Shown: positions 12,856-23,300 of the stretch, piece by piece
Position numbering within the stretch: position 1 is the stretch's first letter
Layout: each line of letters starts with the position of its first letter
Assembly: GCA_032718475.1 (NCBI GenBank)
Contig: JAUCBJ010007094.1
Coordinates: 1 to 61,167, forward strand
Direction: 5' to 3'
Origin: Nemertoderma westbladi
Lineage: Eukaryota; Animalia; Xenacoelomorpha
Length of the DNA stretch: 61,167 nucleotides
The notes under the pieces: generated by a model
What the model saw: the letters and a program-made list of their open reading frames with translations, nothing else
What the model was told of the DNA's origin: nothing
Database searches by the model: none
Translations under genes and position numbers: made by a program

Positions 12856-14057
12856 TGTTCGCGCTTTCAGACCTTTGGCAGTTTAACCCGCCAAATTAAG
12901 ATGTCTTCTAGATATTAAATCGCTTTTTAGCCTATGACAAGTATTTGATTCACTACACTAGTCGAAACCAATCCGTGCGCGACCATTCACCCGCTGGATA
13001 TTCCCGGGAGATTGGGTTCGACGGTTTAATTTTATTGCTATGTAAGTTTAATGTATTATTCGACTGACAGTATTATATAATCTCTGACAATATTATTTAC
13101 CTTCGGGAATATTAACAGTTCCTTTAGGACGTGGCGCTTTATCTATATAAACAGAGTTATGACTTAAACTACTCACAACGATATGGCTTAATTATAATTC
13201 ACATATATGGCGCATTCTTTAGGAATTGCTTCTTTAACAGACTCGCTCATACGCAATGCTGCACAATACTGCACACTAATCTGCCAATCTTCACTGATTT
13301 TAGTCACATATAAAAGGAACACAGACTGACTCATGTAGGGTCTATCAAATAACATTAGATTCACTTCAAACCACTTTAACATAAGTCACAATCGTTATTG
13401 GTAACCTTTCTCTCTTACCTTCGGTATATCAAGAATATTGGGTGTCGGGGTTATTTCTCGTTATTCCAATATAATAATTCATCAACAAATATAATGAATA
13501 ACCGACAACAAATAGCAGTATGCAGTATTCACAGATCAATCGTGCCAGTTTGTTTTGATATTTACAGAGTTTAAAGCCAGGTTGTTTGATGCGTAATTGC
13601 AGCCAGTTAAAGGATATATGTCCTTGTAATTAAACCTACTAGTGTTGAGCTAAAAAGCATAAAACATAAAACACTACAAAGCCGTTCTTTCGTGGCTTTG
13701 AAAAACTCGTGACTACTGCTCTATACGAGGATACCAACTCCCTTATTCCACGAAGCTCCCGTTCAACACAGAGAAAGAGCAGTGAGATAGGAAATTTTCA
13801 GTTCAGTACTCTGTGATAGGTCAAAATCAAGGCTAACTCAAATTCTATTGGGAGATACAAAACAAGGCTATGACGCAACCTCCCTAGGCTTGTTGGCCGA
13901 TTAAACAGAGCCCAGATGCCTGCGTACAGCAAATCAGCCAATAAGCTGGTAACTTGCACTATTTTTAGCTGTAGATCACTTTGAGAGTATTCTTAGCGAC
14001 TGGGGGGGAACTGGCCAACAAGGCAAACGAATCAGTTATCCCACAAAAGCTTTTACA
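12856..14057 (-). repeat. 3' LTR (1202 bp)
   Basis: Plus strand reads TGTTCGCG...GCTTTTACA. Matches 29129-30330 at a constant offset of 16273; I noticed one substitution by eye. Preceded on the minus strand by a purine-rich tract. Confidence 0.85.
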
Positions 14058-14068
14058 CCGCTCCCAGA
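14058..14068 (-). other. Polypurine tract (PPT)
   Basis: Minus strand TCTGGGAGCGG lies immediately before the TGTAAAAGC start of the 3' LTR. Confidence 0.7.
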
Positions 14069-14135
14069 AAATGGGATTTAAGTCTATAAAATATACAAAA
14101 GCACAGTTTCTAAAATATAAAAATACTCTAAACAG

Positions 14136-14342
14136 TTAGACTTTCTTGCGCGGACGGCGTTTACGCAGTTTCTTGAGGCTAGCAAGAGTCCTTTTCTCTT
14201 TGGGGAGAGCCACTTTACGAGGAGGGCTGTAGCTCCTAGGCGAAGGGTGCAATATGATTGCATTAGAAGGTTTGGATTTACGGTCGGTGTCTCGTCCATT
14301 TCGATATGCTTCTCCTCGAGCTGATTTTCCTCCGCTTGTCAT
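14136..14342 (-). CDS. Putative small basic accessory ORF (68 aa) of the retrotransposon
   Basis: Its ATG overlaps the upstream ORF's TGA (ATGA at 14339-14342). Lys/Arg-rich C-terminus LKKLRKRRPRKKV. Confidence 0.35.
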   Translation of the reverse strand: MTSGGKSARGEAYRNGRDTDRKSKPSNAIILHPSPRSYSPPRKVALPKEKRTLASLKKLRKRRPRKKV

Positions 14343-14716
14343 GGGATACGTTCGTCCAAAACTCTCGCAGAGAATGATAGAATGGTAGGATATTTCAATC
14401 GTACCATTTCCCTTTTGGTGTCGACATTGTCCGTATCGTGTAGATCGATAGGATGACCAGTAGTTAAGAAGCCCATATACGTACCATTACGCTGCGTATA
14501 TCGAGCAGCGAATTTTCTATAGTCCAACTCACGCGTGAGCTGCTCTTGGGACATTGGCGGTTCGATATAACGACCATCGTCCTCCGCAGCAGTTGGACTA
14601 ACGTCGCCGCGTATTAAGCTATCAACAAACGCTTGTAAAGTAGAGTATATCGCTCCCCGATACCAAGACCATCTTCTATCAACTCCGTCATATCTGCTAT
14701 ATATGAGTTTATCCAT
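14339..14716 (-). CDS. Putative accessory ORF (125 aa) between pol and the 3' LTR, function unknown
   Basis: ATG-initiated, same strand as gag/pol, protein-like composition, in a GC-richer island within an AT-rich 3' region. No domain recognised. Confidence 0.45.
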   Translation of the reverse strand: MDKLIYSRYDGVDRRWSWYRGAIYSTLQAFVDSLIRGDVSPTAAEDDGRYIEPPMSQEQLTRELDYRKFAARYTQRNGTYMGFLTTGHPIDLHDTDNVDTKREMVRLKYPTILSFSARVLDERIP

Positions 14717-16344
14717 ATTATAATGAGTTTATATTTAGGCGAGCGGGCGTCGCTGCCTACCTCAATCAACCCCCGGACAGTACGAGATCCTCAGCGCCGA
14801 TGTGTCGTCGTCGCTGTACTTTCACCAACGACGTAGCCGCACAACGACAACGACAACCGGCACAAGTCACTCGACTGTCCGTCCCAAAGTCTTAGATGTA
14901 CTTCAGGTTTTCCTTGGAGAGTTAGGTTACTTTTACGATTGCGACTGGCTACTGTAAACACACCTTAGCAGTAACATTCACCTATAAACTCACAAATACC
15001 ACACACACAACTTGTCACAAATTACACACATTCGGGCCATTTGTCCGTTAGTCAATGCCTTCCAGAATGTCACTGTATTAGTATGTATCCTGGGATACTA
15101 GTAGTGCGCTATTTATTCCCTATGCTATTCAATGGGACAAGCTTTCTATTGTTCTTTTAACTCAATTCTAATTCTAGCGTGGTTGTTGCTATGGTGACAT
15201 TATGCAAAGCTAGCGGTAGAATTAGGGTAGTTCCAATGCATACAGATCTGGGATGTTATTTAATAGTATTCTTTAATAGTCAATGTTCTGTTTTATACAT
15301 GACTTTATGAATTTTATCGGCTATTGACTATGTTTGGGAGACTTTCACACACTCATACGCATGATAAGATAAATCTCCGCTCCCTTGATCTATTAATTAA
15401 TGAAATTTTGGGAACTTTATAAATTGCGTAAAAATGGCAATTTATTAAATTCATTAAAAGGCATGAATTTAAATTTATTCCCTGAAATTTTATTATTTGA
15501 CAACTAAATGGACATATTTTGATTCTAGAACATGTCTGGGGACACAAGATCCTTAATTCTATGACAATTGTCTTTTTAAGAATATCGGTAAATGCTACGA
15601 TATCTTAATTGACTAGAATTATTGCAGGATCTGAATTTTACAGATTTTGATTTATTAGATTTTGCAAATATTAATTAATTAATATTTGAGATGGGCACCG
15701 ATTTATTCCAGAACTTGTCTGGGGACGTTAACCACTGATTCTAGAATTTGTCTTTCAAGTATATCGGTGGGTGCCGCGATATCTTAATCGACTAGAATTA
15801 CAGATGGTCAAAGGGTTTAACAGATTTATTTTGCGTTATACGCTACTGTTAAAGGGACATCACGCTACTATATGTATTATTTAATATACGGTATGAGAGC
15901 AATATCGCACGAAGCAATGTCAGTGTGAAGAGGCAAGTCGTTTCCAAGGTCTACCCAGAGCTTGGTTTAGCCGAGACACGAGGATCTGAACTTTGCATTC
16001 CTAATACTCTGCCTACCAATAATACTAAATATAGTAGTGGCTTTATTGTACTTTAATAAGTACGGACATTTCATCTTACTGTAGTTACGTATTTATAATA
16101 TAATACGGACAGTAAGGAAAGAGAAAAAATAATTATTTCTTCGCCGTCTCACTAAATATAATATAAGTAATTACGTACGTAATAAACACGAATATATTGC
16201 ACTATTCTACAAAATAATCGCCAAAATAATATTCTACTAAATTAAATAAAACGATTATAATAAAATTACATAGTAATACATACATAAATATAAAATGATA
16301 AAATAATATAAAATAATAGAGTCACACGCCCACTCCGAACGATA

Positions 16345-19300
16345 TTAAGTTGGGGAGTCCCTAGATGTCGGTTGGATTAGGGAAGTGGTCGTGGGAAGAG
16401 TTTCTTGCCTTCCATAGTTTCCGGAGAGCTCTCTGTCTCTTTCCAGTAAACATAAACGTCCCACTGGGCGATTGAGCTGTTGAGTCTCAAAGACTATCCC
16501 TGGTTTCTTAAAGTTCCGCCGCATGACGACGAGCTCTACTGATCGCACCAAACCATCGCTCGAGATATAAGTCTCGATGATACGTCCTGTTTGCCATCGC
16601 TTACGTGGGAGATCGGGGTCCACAATAAGCACCATGTCTCCCGCGCTGACGTTTTCTTGCTGCGCAAACCACTTAGTTCGAAGTTGTAGAGTGGGCAGGT
16701 AATGTTTCTCGAAATGGTCAGCGAAACGACGGGATAGCAACTGCATAAGTTGCCAGGTTCGACGGCAGTACTCGTCTCCGTCGGTGATCTCCGATCGTGG
16801 GAGCATGGCTACGGGCTTCTTCAGTAGAAAGTGCGCGGGTGTTAGCGCTTCCAGGGAATCAGGATTTGAAGAGACTGGCATAAGCGGTCTTTCGTTGAGA
16901 TAGGCGGCGATTTCCTCCATTAACGTCCGCAATAGTTCGTCGGTGAGATAAGCGCGACAAGGCACAATAAAGTGGAACGATCTCATCGTGTTACTGGTTC
17001 CGAAGCGAGCGATCTGTCGTCGTAAACTCAACACGAAGCTGTTGGTGGATAGATCGTTTACCATATCGAGATGGATAGCTCTACAAGTCATACAAACGAA
17101 GATGACACACCATCTCTTGACTATAGTCCGGGCACGATATACTTCAATAGGGCCAAATAAATCCACACCGGTATTAGTAAAGGGTGGTTCATAGAAGCTT
17201 ACTCTTTCCCTAGGTAATTCTGCCTCTCGCTGTGTTAAAGGCCTACTGAATGCTTTCCTACAGGGTATGCAGTTCCTAAGAACTTGGTTCAGAGCCCTAC
17301 GAGGTTTATAAAAATAGTAGCGAGTTCGAATTTCGCTAAGAACTCGTTCTCTTCCAGCATGATACAGTTTGCTATGAACATCTACAATCATCTTGATTTG
17401 TATGTCAAGATTTCTAATGAGGATGGGAAACTTAGTGTCAAAGGATAATGGAGCGTTGGTCAATCTATCTCCAACACGTATTAACCCATCTATCATGGTA
17501 CTAGAGAAGCGATCCCTTAAGCGCATCTGTGGATTTCTTAACAACAGTAAATACTTATCGGAATCCTCATAGCATTGTAGGAGTCTCAGCATCTGTTTGT
17601 TGGTTTCATCATGCTCCTGGTAACTGATCTTTTCCTTTAGAAACCTGTCGGGTATCTTGTATTTAGGAAGATCTTTAATAACATGGACTCGTGCAGATGT
17701 TGATGGAGCCTCATCACTATGAGTCTTTGTCCCGGAGTAACGATGATGAAAACATCGTTTCAAATAGGTAACCGCTTTACAGAGCCGATTCCAGGAACTG
17801 TAGTGACGTATCGCTCTCTGCAAGAGAGGTGAGAGTCCTTGCGAAATATCTGGTATTCCAGATTTCCAATCCTTGTCACGGATTTCCAAGACTTCTTTAG
17901 CCGTGGCAGTGGGTTTCTGATCCAAAGCATCATCTCCGGAAGTAAATAATACAGATAGATCAACCGCAGGTTTAAACAACTTCGATTTACTCGCTCGAGT
18001 TTTGGGTTTAACTTTCTCCGCTCCCTTGGCCTGTCTGATCTCTGCTGTTGTGAGATGGGGAGGCCATTCTTCTTCTTCCCTGTAGAGAAAGTCGGGTCCT
18101 CCTAACCATTCAGGAGTATTTACCAATTCCTTTGGAGTCGCTCCTCGGGACGCGATGTCTGCTGGATTAATCGTTCCGGGGCAATGTCTCCATTGGTCCA
18201 TCGTCGTGCGACTAAGTATGATGGCTACTCTGTTGGTAACGAAGACGCTGAACTGACAGACTTCATTGGTTATATACTCTAACACGAGTAAAGCGTCGGT
18301 CCAATAGACAGTTTTCTCTAATGGATAGTCAATCTGTTCGGCTACATTCCGGCCGATGGCTGTAGCGTATAGAGCCGCTTTTAACTCCGCTCGAGGAACT
18401 TTCAACTTGTTGTTGATTAATGCCTTAGAAGTAACCAAGGCGACTTTGATTCCATCCGGAGTTTCCACTCTTAGGTAGGCTACTATACCGATTCCCATAT
18501 CGCTGGCGTCTCCAAACACATGGAGTTGATAGGAATACGTAGGGAGAACATGACCAAAATATGAACGGGAAATTATAAAATCCTCGATCGCTGGTAGAGA
18601 ACCTTCCCATTTCATCCACTTCTTCAATAATTCTCCCTTAAGTGGATCGTCCCATGAGTGGTTTTCAAGCCACATTTGTTGTACCAAACTTCGAGCAATC
18701 AATATAACTGGGCTAATAAATCCCAATGGATCGAAATAAGTGCTCAGTATACTTAAGCAAATTCGTTTGGTTCGAACTGGATTATCTCGCTGTTTTAGTT
18801 GGAAAAACAGGATATCTCGCTCTGTGTCCCATTTCAAGCCGAGTGTCTTGGTCTCTGGCAGATCATCTTTGATCAAATCGAGATCTTTCGCTCCGCGATC
18901 TTCCGCAGGGATCGACTCCAGAAACTCACGGGAGTTGCTGGTGAATTTGGTTAATCGAAATCCACCTCTTTTTAAGCACTCTATCATTCCTTTAGCGACC
19001 TCAATGGCTTCCTCAACTGAAGGGAGGGACTTCAGATTGTCGTCCATGTATATGTCTTTTTTGATGTTGTCGATTACTTCCTTAGAGAATGCCTCTTGAT
19101 TGTCCTCTGCAGTAGTACGCACTACCGAACAGGCGTTGGAAGGGCTTGAGATTATCCCAAAGGCCTGGATGGTCATCCAGTACTCCACCGGTTTCTGGTT
19201 GAGGTCTCCTTCGGGCCACCATAGAAATCGTAAGCTATCCCGATCCCTATCCAACACTTTGACTTGTAAGAACATGCCTTCTATATCGGAGGCGAAAGCA

Positions 19301-20343
19301 ATCGAATATTGTCTCAATCTTAAAAGAATTCCCAACAAAGATTGAAGTAAGTTGGGTCCGGGTAACAGTTCAGAGTTAAGGGATTGACCCATGTAAAGAG
19401 CGGAGCCATCAAACACTACTCTCACTTCATTAGGTTTACCGGGTTTCGGAACGTAATGGTGAGTTAAATAATACGTTCTTTCAGTCACAGGTGTTTCTTC
19501 CGGTACCCTCTCCGCGTATCCCTTATTAATAAATTTTTCCAGCTGTGTTTGATACATTGCTTTAGCTGATGAATTAGCCGTAAGGCGTCGATGGAGTTGC
19601 GCGATTCTTTTTTCCGCCAAAGGTCTGTTATTGATGAACTTCGGTTCTTTCTTGCGGAAAGGTAAACCAACTTCATACCTACCTTGATCTTTGAGGAAAC
19701 ATGTAGTTGTCTCTTGGATCTGCTTGGCCCTTTCCTCTTCCACCGACAAGGCTTTATCGTAGGAATTGGGCTCTACCGCCTCTTGCGTAAAGAATCGTAC
19801 AGCATGTTCATCCCGAATCTTGGCATTATGACGCTCAATGACGTCATTTAACTCGTCGTTATAAGCTTCTCGTTCAGATGGATAGAGAAGTTGACATAAG
19901 TTCACTTGGTTTTGCCAAGCCTCGTTTTCCTTAAGGAGATCAATGGTATTCTCCTCATCAAAAAGCTGGTGAACATCGTCGTTATCTGAGGAGTATGGAA
20001 TTCCCTCAGTTGAATCGTCTCCCTCACTAGCATCATCTTCCCATTCACTCACCTGGTAGACTCTCTCTTGCGGCAGTCTTTCTCTGAGTGTTCTACGGGA
20101 AGGGCCAGTAAAGTACCAACCTACTCTAGTTCTTACCGCATAGGTCTGTAGGGGCTGCGGTTGAACAGGCCGTTTCTCTAACGTCTCCAGCGCCTCATGC
20201 GCGTTTTGGCCAATGAGTATTTGCACTCCAGGATAATCAGTCTGAAATCGAGGTATGTTAAGATGTTGGATGCTCTCATCCTCGTCCCAATTATAAAGGT
20301 CTGCTTGAGTAGTAGCGAAGTTCTTTATAGCCACCATTTTCAC
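16345..20343 (-). CDS. pol: BEL/Pao Pol (protease C-terminal half, RT, RNase H, integrase with deleted core)
   Basis: ILIGQN; YYLTHHYV..K..VRVVFDGS; SDIEGMFLQV; FGIISSP; YMDD; HVFGDAS; PRAEL; YWTD; WRHCPG..NPADIASRG; H-x4-H..C-x2-C; TGVDLFGP; LTPAHFL; GDMVLI. Confidence 0.92.
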   Translation of the reverse strand: MKMVAIKNFATTQADLYNWDEDESIQHLNIPRFQTDYPGVQILIGQNAHEALETLEKRPVQPQPLQTYAVRTRVGWYFTGPSRRTLRERLPQERVYQVSEWEDDASEGDDSTEGIPYSSDNDDVHQLFDEENTIDLLKENEAWQNQVNLCQLLYPSEREAYNDELNDVIERHNAKIRDEHAVRFFTQEAVEPNSYDKALSVEEERAKQIQETTTCFLKDQGRYEVGLPFRKKEPKFINNRPLAEKRIAQLHRRLTANSSAKAMYQTQLEKFINKGYAERVPEETPVTERTYYLTHHYVPKPGKPNEVRVVFDGSALYMGQSLNSELLPGPNLLQSLLGILLRLRQYSIAFASDIEGMFLQVKVLDRDRDSLRFLWWPEGDLNQKPVEYWMTIQAFGIISSPSNACSVVRTTAEDNQEAFSKEVIDNIKKDIYMDDNLKSLPSVEEAIEVAKGMIECLKRGGFRLTKFTSNSREFLESIPAEDRGAKDLDLIKDDLPETKTLGLKWDTERDILFFQLKQRDNPVRTKRICLSILSTYFDPLGFISPVILIARSLVQQMWLENHSWDDPLKGELLKKWMKWEGSLPAIEDFIISRSYFGHVLPTYSYQLHVFGDASDMGIGIVAYLRVETPDGIKVALVTSKALINNKLKVPRAELKAALYATAIGRNVAEQIDYPLEKTVYWTDALLVLEYITNEVCQFSVFVTNRVAIILSRTTMDQWRHCPGTINPADIASRGATPKELVNTPEWLGGPDFLYREEEEWPPHLTTAEIRQAKGAEKVKPKTRASKSKLFKPAVDLSVLFTSGDDALDQKPTATAKEVLEIRDKDWKSGIPDISQGLSPLLQRAIRHYSSWNRLCKAVTYLKRCFHHRYSGTKTHSDEAPSTSARVHVIKDLPKYKIPDRFLKEKISYQEHDETNKQMLRLLQCYEDSDKYLLLLRNPQMRLRDRFSSTMIDGLIRVGDRLTNAPLSFDTKFPILIRNLDIQIKMIVDVHSKLYHAGRERVLSEIRTRYYFYKPRRALNQVLRNCIPCRKAFSRPLTQREAELPRERVSFYEPPFTNTGVDLFGPIEVYRARTIVKRWCVIFVCMTCRAIHLDMVNDLSTNSFVLSLRRQIARFGTSNTMRSFHFIVPCRAYLTDELLRTLMEEIAAYLNERPLMPVSSNPDSLEALTPAHFLLKKPVAMLPRSEITDGDEYCRRTWQLMQLLSRRFADHFEKHYLPTLQLRTKWFAQQENVSAGDMVLIVDPDLPRKRWQTGRIIETYISSDGLVRSVELVVMRRNFKKPGIVFETQQLNRPVGRLCLLERDRELSGNYGRQETLPTTTSLIQPTSRDSPT

Positions 20344-23300
20344 TTACCTGATGCTGTGTTCTCCTAGTTCGTCTTGTGGGGTGGACAACGCGCCTACATA
20401 ATAATCAGCTGTTATTGTAGATTTCCAAACTTGCATTATGCCAGACATGTTGAGCTTAGTTTGGAACTTGAGTTGTCCAGCAAATATATCTTCGGCTAGC
20501 TCTTTGTCGATGAATGTTCCTGTACTACCGGAGTCGAGGAGGGCGTTCACTACATAACTCCTCTTAGGTCCGTGAACCCTCACCTGCACCACAGGAAACT
20601 CTCGGATCCCTACATTTGAAGATGGCTCTTTCCAAGATGGTTGTCGTTCAGAAGTAGTTAGAGTAAAGTCGTTGTCTGGATCCTTTTCATATGTGAGTGC
20701 TCGATACACTGCGGTATTTATCATGTAACAGGATTCGTTTTCGTCGGAGAACTCATCTGTATAGAATCCTTCCATCTCAGATTGATCAGTGTCGTTCACA
20801 TCACTGAATTGGACATGTAACTCGGAATCACTTACCTGATTCGGACTATTTCGATCGAATTCAGCGTGCAACAAGATATGATGTTTCGCACCACACTTTG
20901 CACATCTTATGTCCGAGAAACAGGTTCGCCGTTGGTGTCCTTGTCTGAGGCAATTATAACATAACCGCTTATCCCACATAACTTCGCGTCTCTCCGTTAA
21001 TGATTTCTTTAGAAATTCATCACACCTATTCAAATAGTGGGTCCCGTCACACAGCGCACATTTTGATTTGATGTTACTTACCTTATTCTGAGTCACATTG
21101 TGTACACTTGCCCTTTCTTCGGGTTTTCTCACCTGAATTCTCTTGGGAGACGTGGGAGGAGTTTTTCTTACCTGTTCCCTCCTGTCATTTGTTCGAGACT
21201 TAAATTTACTTACCTGATCTTTAGGCATTTTATTCACGTAATAAGATCTATCCGTGTCCTTCCCGCTATCTTCTCCTTGAGAAGTCTGGCTTTCGCCGTC
21301 ATCGGTATAACATACTGGTGTTATTTTTCTCCTAGAGACGGGTTTTTCACTTACCTTGTTTTCCGGTGTTTTCTCCCTAGACTGTTTCAGGAGCTGTAAT
21401 TTCACTTCTCCATCTAGGAATGACATGAGATCAGCCATGGTAGGGTCTCGCCGTTGTTGTTCCATCATATATAACACTTTCTTATCCCAGCGTGTACCTA
21501 CTCCACCTTTAGGTAAAGTAGAAGCCACTGCTCTAATAACCATAGTGTTCTGATACTCATGAGACTTACCTAGCCAGTCTAATTGTCTGCAGATCTCCTG
21601 GATCTCATCGGAAAACTCGATAATTCCGCTACTAATAAACTTTCGGGGCGCTACTAACTTGGCATACAAGTACCCAGCGATATTATTCCTATTACCATAC
21701 CTGATGTTTAGTGTATCCCAAACTTGTCTTAATCCGTCTGGATGTCCAATAAACTTTAACGCCATTAACTTGGGAGATCCTTCCAAGCACTCGATGAGGT
21801 ATCTAAGTTTTTCTCCATTAGATAGTACAGAGTTCTGTATGTTATCTTTGTAATATTCATTAAAAGGTAACCATTTCATCTCATCTCCATTGAACTTGAC
21901 GATCTCTCCAACCTTTACCGCTTGCCGGGCTTCGGTTCTAGCCATTTGACGCGTAAAACTTTCTTGGGCCATCGTGCTATTTAATATCGAGTTATCGGTA
22001 TATAAATTTCTCGGATTATGATCAGTTCTATAGGGAATATCATTATCAACAGGTCTATAATTACCCTTAATAGGGTTCACTATAGGAGTTTCTACTTCGC
22101 TAGCAGTATAAATGCGTGTAGGCTCCACACCTTGCGCATGCGATACTTCAGACCTAACAGGTTGACACATTGTTACAGAGGGTGGTGGTATACCTTTTTG
22201 AGTATTTACTAATTTATCGCGTTCTAGCGCGATACTTTGCTGCACTTCTTGCAACTCTAGCCTACTTTCCCTTACTGTGCCCTTGAACTGCTGGACAGTC
22301 TCCTGCATCTGTCCGAACAGGATATCCATCCCCCGCCGTCTCTCGTCCACCCATTCGACCGCCGAAGCGGGAGTCGCCAACGTTGTAGCGGGCGGACGAG
22401 GGACAACGGGCGACAAATTGTGAATATTTCGCTCGGGGTCCAGGACCTGAACTGTCTCCTGGGCAGTTCTGCGGGGCACAGGTAGCTTAGTGCTATGCAG
22501 AGGGAATTTAGAGGTAGTTTCAGGGAGCACAGGTGTGTCTATCACCGAAGGGGTGATTTCAAGAACAGGCCTAATTATTTCAGGCTCATCTAATATAGTA
22601 GGGAGTCTTTCTATTTTAATTATTTGGTCTGTGGGCTCTGTACTACCTAAGTTGGTGTTACTTAGTTGCCTTCTAACAGCTGGAGGCAAATCAGGCAATT
22701 TCTGACGGTGGAATGTTCTTTTACGTCTGCTTAGACGAGATCTATTTCCTTTGCCTTCAGTATCGGTGGTATCGCCTTCCTCAGATGATGTATAACCTTG
22801 TCGTTTGGGAGTAGATCGATTCATCATCTGCATATTACTAGCTGTTAACTGTTTATTAAAGTTATCTTGCCTCTCTTGAAGATTTTCCAACTCTAGTTGG
22901 GTTGTCTCTTCAGATGCCCTCCGTTCTGCTTCTGCCACTGCCTCCGCCGCTTTTGCCTCTGCCGCTGCCTCTGCTGCTGCCACTTTTCTTTCTGCTTCTG
23001 CAGCTGCCACTGCCGCTGCTACTGTCGCTTTTGCTTCTGCCACTGCCTCCGCCGCTTTTGCCTCTGCCGCTGCCTCTGCCGCTGCAGCTTTTGCCTCTGC
23101 CGCTGCCTCTGCCGCTGCCGCTTTTCTTTCTGCTTCTGCAGCTGCCACTGCTGCTGCTACTGCCGCTGCCTTTCTGTCTTCTATACGTTTTTTCTTTACT
23201 TGTTCTTCTTGGTCTCTAGCGATGCGGAGTTGTTCATCGAATTTAGCTTGGTTCGCCGCTAACCTATCCACATCAATTGCATCCAACACACGCTGGGCTC

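Noticed and set aside
11966-14057. Treating the whole 2.1-kb direct repeat as the LTR
   Set aside because: The right-hand copy lacks the TGT terminus at the matching position (28221), whereas all three 1.2-kb units have TGT..ACA ends. Disfavoured but not fully excluded.
22897-23262. Plus-strand Cys-rich and Leu/Pro-rich ORFs
   Set aside because: These are antisense shadows of the Ala-rich repeat in gag.
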